This document shows positions 15,301-27,300 of a DNA stretch of 64,000 nt, in pieces. The DNA lies in the NCBI GenBank assembly GCA_964035545.1, contig OZ037772.1, positions 7,424,889 through 7,488,888 of the forward strand, in the 5' to 3' direction. Position numbers and translations under genes: made by a program. Source of the DNA: Bugula neritina (lineage: Eukaryota > Animalia > Bryozoa). The notes under the pieces are model-generated. The model worked only from the letters and a program-made list of their open reading frames with translations, was not told the DNA's origin and ran no database searches. Positions within the stretch are counted from its first letter, which is position 1. The number at the start of each line of letters is the position of its first letter.

Positions 15301-18300
15301 CTCTGTAGTGGAGCAAATTAGCAGTTTAGAGTTTGTACTATTATTGCTTGCTCACATCTCCATTTTGTAGTTAGTGAAGTTTTTAGACAATCGCTAAGAA
15401 CAACTGTCATAATGGCTGGTTGCCTACTGTTGTGACTAATGATATCTTACCTGCCGGGCAGTCCTTGCACTCAGACTGAAATTCCTCATCCTGGTAAGTT
15501 CCGTTCTCGCACCTGATTGGCTGTTGAGAAGCAGACGGACAGAAATGTCCAATAGGACACCTGAACTCATGGGGTGTGCTGGTGTTCTGACCAGGGGGAC
15601 AGTAGTAGCCGCTGGAGCAGACGCCAGCTGGCAGCGCTGCCCCTACTGATGGACAGTAGCTGCCAGCCACGCATATTACACAGTCAGAAATTTCATCCTA
15701 CAAAGAATTGAATTATTAGTGTTAGCTTAGATGCAGATCTTCTGTTCAGGGAACAAACAGCGCAGCCTTAATATACTAATTTCTCCAAGAGTGAATACTC
15801 TGGCTCTTTAATAATTTCTTATTCTTTTATTTCTCCCAATTTTATACTTTTTAGCTTTATATTTCTGCTTGTTAGCTCAAAATAAAATACCTGCAATATA
15901 ATGTTCAGCGGGTAATGAATAGCTAAAACTAGTTTGTTTGCCAAGTTTCTGGGGATGAAGTTCAACATGAATAAATTAGTTGTATTCACAGGGTTTATAA
16001 ATAAATTCAAAGAACTTAAGCTATCTCAATTTCCTTGTCTACAGCTCCTAAATAATTTTCTCCTCTAATGCATTTGCTTATACAGTGTGTGAATATTAAT
16101 CATATTGATTTCGCTTCAAGGTTATTGTTTATGAATTTTCTACAGTGAAAGCTTTGTCTGGGAGTGTAAAATACATTATATGTTGCTAAGTATTACCGAT
16201 ACAACCATACATTGAGACAATCATTCAAGAATGAGTGCCAAAAGCTGCAGCAGTTTTTAGATTTCATGGATGCTGTGTCCTTTTCTACAAGTTTGTGACC
16301 CAATTGAATGAATAATCATGCGTTATAGCAGTATATAAGAGCAATTTCTATTCATCATAAATCACAACAAATCAATACTTCAGAGCTGCAACAAGTGGTC
16401 TCAGGTGAGTAGAAATTCTTATTATGTATTACAAAATCGATTTGTATTACGAATTTGAGCTTTGACTATAAAGTTGTTATAAACCACTATATGACTTTGA
16501 AAATAGCAAATAACTACTGAATAATTATAACAGTTGAAAAAAAAATAGCAGCTTTTTAAAAACTCAAAATTAGAAAAGAAACTGAAAAAAAACTACTTGG
16601 CAGGTCTGTATCTACTATAAAAACGTTTTTGCGCTACTGCAATGCGGCATTCGTCAACTGTAAGGCTAAAATCCATCATTACATTTCAGATTAGAAACCT
16701 TAACCAAGGACCCACAGAAGGTGATTCTTAGCAAAAGACAGTCAGTAAAGAGTAAGTTCTTTTGACATTACTAAATCAAATTAATCAAAGGGCATTGTAA
16801 ATGGGAAAGCTTCTTTATTTAGCTGTTTCCTACACTTACGAGTTACGTTAAGTGGCTCAAGTAGTTGATAAATCAATATTTAATTAATATATTATAAATA
16901 TATAATTAATATATAATTGATATATAATCAAAGTATAAATAGATTTAACATAGTTTATAATACAGAAACTTGAACTGAAATTTGCAATACATTCTGAGCA
17001 GTGATTGCACAGGTAAATAAATAAACATGTGCTGCTGGTAAAAGGCTAAATATGTTGGTCAACTGTAATAATTTGAAAATATGTGTTTCCAAAGTTATTG
17101 TGAAAATTATAAATTTATGATAAGTATATTATTTGTTTATAGCTACAGTTAAGAAAAGAAAAGGAACAGAGAGAAATATCTGACTAACTGATTATCAAGT
17201 AAGTGAATCCACAGATATATTTCAAGTTGTTTACAATCTTAAGAGAGCAGCCGTGGTTGTTTACAATCTTATTTTCTATTATTACTAAACAAAAGTAATA
17301 CAAGTTGATATAAGGACAAAAAAATGTATCGTACTATTCTAATAGTATATATTAAATATTCAACTATGATACGGCATTGGAAATAAATTACGATTAGGTT
17401 ATTGATTGCATTGAATATACATCACAATCTCCTTATAATCTATATATTAATATACACTTATGCTGGTATTTAACTAAGCAAAAATTTAGCCGTTAAATGT
17501 ACTCAACTAAACAATTATAGCTACAAATATGAAGCTATATTAACAATTTCTTTGTTTCAACTACTAATAAGTGTTATTTTCGACTGGCCTTTTGCAATTG
17601 TGAAAAACTAGAACAAAACTATAATTAGAAAATACACTAGAGAGCAAATTTTCTAAAGAAATATTTTATTCACAGCTATCTGGACTAAAGCACCACCTCT
17701 CATTATATGCATTTTTAATTAAATAGCAAATAACTTAACCATACAGAACTAAGCAATTATGACTACAAATAGTAAACAAAAAATATCGAAACATTCCTAT
17801 ATTATTATAGTAGCATTTAGACTACTGCATCTTGTTTATCACTACTGTTGGTATTTCCTCCCCCCCCCCCACATGTTGAACCAAACACAAATGGCCAAAT
17901 GTAGAAAAATTGTACGGTCATAACAAACATTTGACTACTTTCAGTGGCAGGCTACATGATACAGGAGGAAGCAGACAAACTTCACGTTGATTGGCTGTAT
18001 GACAGCATTAAAGGGCCCAGACCGCCCAAGGAGATGCTGTCTGTGGCAGCAAGGAAAAGAATGATGCTGGCCTACCAGCACAGCCCAGGCAGACAGCTAC
18101 TTAGAAGAATGCCTGTACCAGCACCTTACATACGACTTAACAGGATGTTAGCTCCAATGCACCCGGTGAAAGTTGCATACGACAGGGAGAATAGAGAGTA
18201 CTTTAAGTTCTATGCATTATAAGACACTCAGGGTCCTATGTAAACTAATGGATTTTATGATTTCATGTTTCATTTTAAGATATTCATGTCTGAGATATCA

Positions 18301-21300
18301 TGGTGGCAAGCTATTTTTAAATATCTTATTAGTATGTGAATCTTTTTTAATAGAAATTAGTACTAATTTGACATTCCTTTGAGCAAACAGAGTTGACGTT
18401 ACATGTTGTATAAACTTCTTTAAACAATAAACATTTTAAATACTGTTCATTGTGGCACAATCAATATTTCTTTAGAAAAGCTTCATGTTATCATAACAGG
18501 AGGAAAGATTGTAAAGTGTGGGCAGATAATAATCTATTAGCTATTAACTGTAAAGGTATAGAAATGAAATTTCATGTTTCCCTATCAACTTGAAGTGAGA
18601 TATTGCAGTAATGGAACAAGTTTGAATAGCCCATGTCATATAGGAATCCATAAAACTAGTTCTGTGATAATACAATGGAAACCTTTTCATAAAGATAGTA
18701 ATCAGCCAGTGTGACATGTTACAAACAACTACTGCAATCACAAGTCACATGTTCTGCTGTACAAGATTTTAGGTAATAGTGGTACAAGTAATAATGGAAC
18801 AACTTTTAAAGGCAGAAATGGAAAAGTACGAAAACATGGCACACTGATGATAAATTTTCTTAAATCCCAAACTCAAAGCCTCAACTATTAAAGCCCAATC
18901 CCAAACCTAAACCCTTACCTATTCCCAAACCTAAACCCCATTCTAAACACCCAATCTCACCCTAATGTGCCACTTTTACCTACCTACTTCGCCATTATTA
19001 ACATTATTACAGGCTGAGCGTACAGCAATGATTGCTGTACGCTCAGCCTGTGTGTACACACAGGCTGAGCGTACAGCAATGATTGCTGTACGCTCAGCCT
19101 GTGTGTACACACAGGCTGAGCGTACAGCAATGATTGCTGTACGCTCAGCCTGTGTGTACACACAGGCTGAGCGTACAGCGACTACTAATGGCTACAGTGA
19201 CTACTAATGGCGAAGTAGTGTACACACAGGCAACATACACAAGTAACCCATGCTGGCTGTTGCAGCACTGTTTAATTAAGAATATATTTTCATGAACTGC
19301 TGCTGATTCAAACACACTTTGACTTTATAATTTCTCCAGAAGGAGCCTCGACTCAACATTTATAACAAATATAGCCTCTAAACAAGGGAAGCAACTCTGA
19401 ATACAGTGCACAAGTATCATACCTGTTGAGTGGTGTTCAGGTAGTAGCCCTGGTCGCAGGGGAGAGGAGAGGCGGATCCAAGAGGACAGAAGTGACCGAG
19501 GGGGCACTGGTCACCGGTGATGCCGTCTGCAGGGGTGGATGTATCAGCTGACAGAGAGCAGTAATAGCCAGGGGTGCAGTTACCCGAGGGAGAGGACAGC
19601 CCTTGGACCTGACAATACATGCCTGGGGTACACGGGGTGGGCTGGTGGGAGCCCTCAGGACAGAAGGTTCCGGGCTGACACTCTCCTCCATTCAGAGTCG
19701 GTGTGAAAGATGTAGAACTGCCATTGCAATACCACCCTAGCAACAAGATTGTAGAGTAAACAAAGGCCCATAGCAACAAGATTGTAGAGTAAACAAAGGC
19801 CTATAAGAAATAAAATACACAAAACCCATCATATTATTCACAGTGAAGTTTACTCATCTGAAAAAATGCCAAGGGAAGAGCATAAATCTGAAATGTGATA
19901 GAATAAAATATATCATATTCTGGGATGAATGACAATGTTTTGTTGAAGTTGAAAAATAATGATAAAGTAATTAGATGAAAAACGCCAATTGGTCTAAGTT
20001 TTAATAGATCTACGTATGCAAATGTAAGTTTGAAGAAGAATGTATATCAGTTGTTCCATAAGATATTACTAATAACAGCTATACACTAAACACTGCATGA
20101 AGGATCTATGTAACACGCAACAACATACATAAGTGTGACCAGACGTAACTATTCAATGCACCTATTGCTACCGCCTAAAAAAGATGTTATATTTTACTGA
20201 CTGCATTTTTATAACTGCATTAGGCAATGAATGCCTACAGAGTTGGGAAAGTGAATGCTAAATACTTTTACAAAGTCTGTGTTCACTTTGATAGCCCTGA
20301 AAATGCTATTACGACAGAACTGCAAAACAAGCAAAACAAAGTTCTCTTGGTATTAGACAAGTTGCAAACAATACAATGAAAAGTGAACAAGTAGAGTCAC
20401 ATAGAAGTAGCCAGCAGTATCTAGCTAGAGGATTTAATAATATTGGCAAAGTAACATCAGATTACATGTAGGTCAAGGTTGCAGGTGAAAAGTTCCGTCA
20501 GTGAATTTCATTTCATCACCGAGTTTCCAATGCTTAGCATTAGTGAATGGAGTTTTAATTGAAGTTTGGGAAAAGTTGCATCTAATGAAACACCACAACT
20601 ATAACTTAATGCAAAGGTAACCACAAATCCATCTTTAGCGTGAGCATCCATGCTTATCCCTCCCCTACCCCTCTGTGGAACCGAAGCAAGAAAACAGCAG
20701 TGAATAAGCGTAGGGCCAGAAATCACGTTCGGCCCAAAAATTGGATTTTCAAGCTTCTAACATGCTGAGCAAGAAGTGTGTTTGATCTAATTGGCTTTTT
20801 ACCATGTAATATTTAGCGAGCACACTTTCTTATTTTAATCTACGATTCAACTTCTAGCGAACTGAATTTAAATAGTTTGATATAGTTTGCATTTCCGATT
20901 TTATAATATCCAAATCACTTTGCCAATGACACAGTTTTAAAAACAAACGCCTGTAGGCGAGCAGTAAAGTTTAACGATAACATCATTAGCTAATAAATTT
21001 TTGCACTGTGTATTCTCGAAGGTCACAAACGTGGCCCTAGTCTAAGTGAGCTGCCTCAACTCACCTCTACAGTGACCCTGAAATACTCGTTATCAGCATT
21101 ACTAAATCTACTCCCATATAGTGAGAGAAGGCAACTCTACCTGGTGAGCAGAGTCCGGAAGGTTCCGAGAGTCCATCCAGCTCACAGTAGCTGCCTAGCG
21201 TACAGGGGAGACAATCTGACTCGTTCCTAGCGCCAGTGGTGTTGTAGAAGGTTCCGGAAGGACAGGGGTACTGGTCAGCTCTGGTAGTAAGTGGTGGACA

Positions 21301-24300
21301 GAAGTGTCCAGAAGGACAGGGGTAAAGGTCAAATGTCTCAGCCCCTGTAACAACATAGGTTATTACTAAAAAGTCAGTGACACAAACCAATGCAATAACC
21401 AACAGTCAAGTGGTAGTGTTCATTGAATCATCATCAATTAAGAATAGGTGTTTGGCACATTGCCATACATCAAATGTTGGGGAAACCCAAATACAAGTAG
21501 TTCCTTCAAGACTGATTGTTGAGGGAAGTTGTATAGGCTGAGTCCAGTATTAATGGTTAGACTATTGAATTATTATGCAACCATAAACTGAACTACTGTT
21601 TTAGATAAATATTGACCAAGTACTGATGCTACCTATTAGGTTCTCAATGATAATTTTACGAGTTACTGCAATGTGAAACACAACAAAATAAACTATAACT
21701 ATATTACACTTTTGATAAAAGTATATTTTATTAGTATCCCAAGTACATTACAGCTAAATTATGAGTATATTACAAGAACATTACATGCGCATTTCGAGTA
21801 TACTATAATTATATCAAAATCGTATTACAAATACACTACCATTATACTATGTGACCAGTTGTGACAAAACCGGGGATGTGGCAGCATTTATAAAATGCAG
21901 TAAATGAAGGTTTAATTTGGAAATACTGAAGATTTAAATTATTTCCAATTTTTCAGATTTAAAACTTTTCTATTAGAAAAAATATCCAAGGATTTGAAAA
22001 ATCATATTTCTGCAAGCATTTGATGATTCTTTTAGCTCTAAAATTGCATTTAAAATTGGTAACTAAGGCATTCAATGTTTTAAATGACAAGAAAATTGTG
22101 AGTTATTAAATAAAAAAAGAAGACAATTTAGGTCATCATTTATAGCGTGAAAGCTTGCAAATTTAGTTTTTATCAAATGAATTTAGCTTCCACCTCTTTC
22201 TTCGCATTGTCAGAAGTATCATATTCAAAATCGAAAGCTAGTTTTAGTTTTTCATCGCTCTTCATGCAAAGTTAGCTTTTAAGTTACGGAGTTGTTTTGC
22301 CCTTTGGTAATAGTCGCTGAACTTATTCTTTATTTTTAGCGTTAAAGCTTGAAGATCACAACAACACAGGTAATTATACTGAAAACAATCATTTACACTA
22401 CTAACTTAAAATTGTTGCCAGGATTATTTGTAGCTGTCTATTTATATTTACAATTACAATTTCACTGTGAGTCATAGTGAGAGTGGATCTACAAAATCAC
22501 CAATACACTTATTAGCAGTGTGGGCTAGTTCATTCTCAAGTTATAGGCTATATTTCTATGAACTTATTAGAACAAAAAATAATACATACATTGCACTGGG
22601 TTGATTCATTATTCAATCACTCAACTGTTAATTTGTGTAAAAATGTTTATTGTTTAACTGTTATATTCCAACAATTAAGGTATGATGTAATGGAAGACCT
22701 TGTAACCAATGAGCTTGCAAAGCAGGCCCATATCCATTAAAGGATTGCTCTATCTTGTCTAATAAATGGCCATTTAGGTCAAACACACATAATATTGTGT
22801 TTTTCTAAGCATGCATTGACAAAAAGCATTTGACCAAAGGTAGAAAAAGTTAGTTGAAGTTGAGGGTGTAGATTGGTAACAGCCAAAACGCCGATTTTGA
22901 AATGAGCTGGGAACTGTGACGTAACAGCGCCAGCATTCCTGCTGGTCACGTGACTATACAAATGAATAACTATAGAAATATGACTGTGAGATGTGATCTT
23001 TCAGCTCGTAATTTGTATATTTATAGAAGTGCAAATGTGAATTATCTCAATCTATAGTTTTTTGACATGTTAAATAACATGTATGTGATAACATTAGGCC
23101 ATATTTTGCTTGTAAGCATAGAAAAAAGCATTGCAAAAACATGCATTCTTTAGGATGAATGCCTGCGATCGATCTAAACTAGGTCAGATTGTGCAATATT
23201 ACGGGCGCACCAAAGCTGACCTATATAGCGCACTGTAACTGCTTGAGCGTTATTGGTTGATGTTGCGCTCAGCAACCTTGAATACTAGCGTTATAGTTAG
23301 CACGTGCAGCATAGTTACTGGCGTTCACACGTCACGTATTAGGCTATTCTTTTTCATGACTGAAAATTTTACCTCCCTCAAAATTGGAATTTTGAAAAGC
23401 TGTTTTCTAGGCATCTATCCCTTTGCAAAGTCACAATTGTTTTCATACACATTAGATTATAGTTCATAATTATAATGTGATTGTAATAAACTAAGATAGA
23501 GCAATCCTTTAACATTCTTTGCTGCAAGACGAAATATCAAAGCAGGCTCAACATAGCCTGTAGTCAGCATGCTATAGGTAACTAAACACATGGTTGTTAT
23601 ACCAACCAATACCCTTCCGAATGAGATCTGATCCACACAAATTTTAGATCCAGTATGACTCACAGTTTGAGTTAGGGTTACTCAAAAGGATAATCAAAAT
23701 GAATATCAGTCATGATATACTGGTACTGGCAGTGGTACTCGGTAGGAAAACTAAATGTAGCTTGCTAATAGTAATTATTAATTATGAACTACTGTATAAC
23801 AGGAAATAGCCGCTATGTTGTTTTATGTGACTTCCTGCCTTCTTGGATGCCTAATTTAAATATTTCAATACACAAGCTTGCTGGAACATCCCTTTCTTTG
23901 CTGGAATTATTAAACCTTTCAACTAATAAACAAAATAGAAAGTGACTTGACAAATAAATTAAATAAAAGGCTTTGACCTGATTTTCAGTTAAGGCGGTAT
24001 AAAATTTAGTTTACCACAAAGCCCAAATTTTCACAATTATTTTGATACCAAATTTGTCACTATTCCTATTATACAAAGGCCCATTACTGATCTGTCAATC
24101 GTAAACAAATAATTCTTAACTTATTCTAGAGTTGTCAACTTTAAAGGCGACTTTTTTAGAAATAGTAAAATAAAAATTCTAAAAACTGAATATCTCGAGT
24201 TCCATTTGTACTAAAAACTTCAAATAAAGTGCAAAATGTTTGGAAAAGTCTGCTCTATCACTCCATAGTAATTAATATTTTTTTTTAATTTTATACAAAT

Positions 24301-27300
24301 AGGCCTACCCTGTTTTGTGGTGCCAGGTTAGCGTATATAAACAAAAATTATGAGTATCTTACTGCTATATTACAAGCATATCACAGGTACATTACAAGCG
24401 AATTACCATTATACTACGGGCATATCACAGTTATATTACGGCTATGCTACTTGTATATTACAAGTATATTACTATTATATAATGAGTATATTGCAGATAT
24501 ATTACCTTGAGGACAGAAATACCCTCCAGGACACCCGTAACACTCATCTAGTCCCGTAACGTTGGAGAAGGAACCGGCAGCACAGGGTAGAGGTGACTCA
24601 CTCCCAGCTGGACAGTAGTGACCAGTCCAACAGGGACCACCCACACCTGCAGAGTAGTGTTACCATACAGTAGTAGTGTTATTATACCGTAGCAGTGTCA
24701 CATACAGTAGCGGTGTTACTATACAGTAGCAGTGTCACCATACAGTAGCGGTGTTACTATACAGTAGCAGTGTCATCATACAATAACAGCATTACAATAC
24801 AGTAGCAATGTAACAATGCAATAGTAGATTTACCAAATGGCAATGTTACAACAAAATAGTAGTTCTATCAACATGCAATAATGTCACTAAACAGTAGTAA
24901 TGCTACCACACAGTAGTAATGTTACCATACAGTAGTAAACTTACCAGTCATGTTACCATACGGTGTGCAGGTTTCATTGATCCCTTCAGGCTGATAACGA
25001 TCTACGCCGTACTTGCAGTAATATCCGGCCGAGCAATCTCCTGAACTAGAGGTCATTGCGTAACTGCAATACGCAGCAATGATGTCTAAACTCATTAGAA
25101 ATGCAGAAACAACTCGACAAATCAAAACTCTCGCACTTTAAAAAAGGAAACCGCAGTGTTGCATCTCATCCAGTGAGAAATGCTCTTTTGTGACAGAAAT
25201 AAAAACGTTGCAGTCGCGAGTGCTCTAAGCTCTCCTATAGTTTAGACCGAGAACCTACCTGTCACAGTACTGGCCAGGGGGACAGGTTTTACACTCCCCT
25301 ATCTCAGCCAGACCGGTGTCGTTATTGTAGGTGCCAGGGGGGCATTCCTGCCAGTTGTCTTCAGTGCCGTTAGGGCAGTAGTACCCCTGGGGGCATGGCG
25401 CTATGATGAATCCACCACTACAGTACCTGCAATATCCACACGTCACACTTTAACTGAGTAGATACAGTGTGAGGCAGATGGGGCAATAGTCACTTGATAA
25501 AATATAATAATTTAAATTAATTTGTACTATATACTATAATAATATATTATACTATAATAATATCTTATACTATAAGGTTATATCATATTATATAGCTTAA
25601 TATTATAATATTAAGATTAAAAAATGTAGCATAAGAAGTTATGTTCTCGCACAAATTTCAACCTGCACTCTTGACCAAAATTTGATAATAAAATTAAAGA
25701 AATTAGGCTATCTCAATTTCTTCATTACTGCTCCTAAATGTTCTCGCAGGGGTGGATACTTTAGACACAAGTGTGAGTTAGGAGTAAGTTTTGTAATTTA
25801 TAGCCTGAGTATCCTTTAAATGTTATGGTGTTCACTACGAGACGACTACTTACCACCCTTGTGGGCAGATAGAACAGACAGACTGTCCAGTGGTGTTGGT
25901 GAAAGTGCCAAAAGAGCACTGAGTAGGGTATGAGGACCCAGTGGGACAGAAATGGCCCTCAAAGCAAGGATAGTCTGAGGGGTTGGAAACATTTTGGCCG
26001 GGTGGGCAGTAGTAGCCCTCGTCACAGAGTGCAGATGTGTCATTCAGTCCAGGTTCTCCGCAATAATAACCTGGAAATACAAGAATGCATAAGAGGAAAG
26101 ATAATTCCTACTACAGTGTCAACCATTTCGGCAACTAGCGAAAGTCTAACTGGTAGTTGGGAAGGGAGCAGCCGTGGTCTAGGGGTTAGAGCATTTGCCT
26201 AGTAAACACGAAGTTATGGGTCCAGCCTGGACAAAGGCCATTGGTGATGTTAGGAAGAGCATCCAGTCATAACTACTTCTGTGTCACATTTAAATAAGTC
26301 CTTAGCCCGCTTTAACAAAAACCCTTTCAATCAGGGGTTTCTCACAGGGATAGTGACTATTAACTTGTGTGAGTTTTCAACTGGTGGTAGCAAAACTAAA
26401 TATCAAAACATAGCTTAAATGCTAACTAAATCAAGTTGGCATACCAGGCCAGACAACTAGGAATTGTCAGCATGAAAATATCTTTGAGTCAAAGTCTTCT
26501 CAAATATTATTAAATCAAATTACTATTACATGAATAGTGATTAGATGTCACTAACTATGGACATTGTCTAGTTAGCTGTTAGCATAGCTTTATTTTTGTA
26601 TTTCAATTCAATATATTCTACAGCTATCACATTAATGTGAATCACCATTCTACGATTACCAAGATCTTGGAAATGTTAGTGATGTCAACCTGATAACAAC
26701 CTGAGTGAAGGTAACTTAAAGCTCACTGGTGCACTTGAACACTGGTAATAAAACCTGGCTAATCAAATTAGCTAACACCAACACTACTGTGCAGTGTGCA
26801 CTACTAAGGAGGTGTATGCCAGCAATGCAATATTAACAAGAAACAAATCATATACTAGTATTGTACACCAACATGACATGAATATGTACAACTTAAAGCA
26901 CAATATTACAATGTTCTCATGTTACTTAGTTTGTATCTTGTATTGTGTGAATTGTCTATTGATTTAAAGCAATATTGGCATATCTGAGAGTATTATTACC
27001 AGCAAAGCATGGATATGGTATTCTAGTAATTTTTGCATTGAAGCCTCTGATTCACCTATGCCTAGATCAATAATGGGAAAATCCATTTATGTGTTAGCAG
27101 CCACCAGCCCAATTATTCACTCCATCACTGTGTATACAGTATGGAAGGAAGTAACAATATCACCTACTGCTAGAGCAATGAATGTCATGTTTAGATCAAA
27201 GAATCAATGATAAACTGCCTGCTCCAACAAACACAAAGCTTACGCTAGACAACCACAAACACTAAATGCACCCCTTCCTCTTCCATGGATATGAACAACC

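Noticed and set aside
18965-19207. Bidirectional ORFs, and CRISPR-like appearance of the palindromic repeats
   Set aside because: The ORFs follow from the 51-bp palindromic unit. There are no unique spacers or cas genes and the context is eukaryotic, so this is not CRISPR.
20711-21040. Possible hAT-like element (TAGGGCCA ... TGGCCCTA)
   Set aside because: Only an 8-bp inverted match and no convincing 8-bp target-site duplication.
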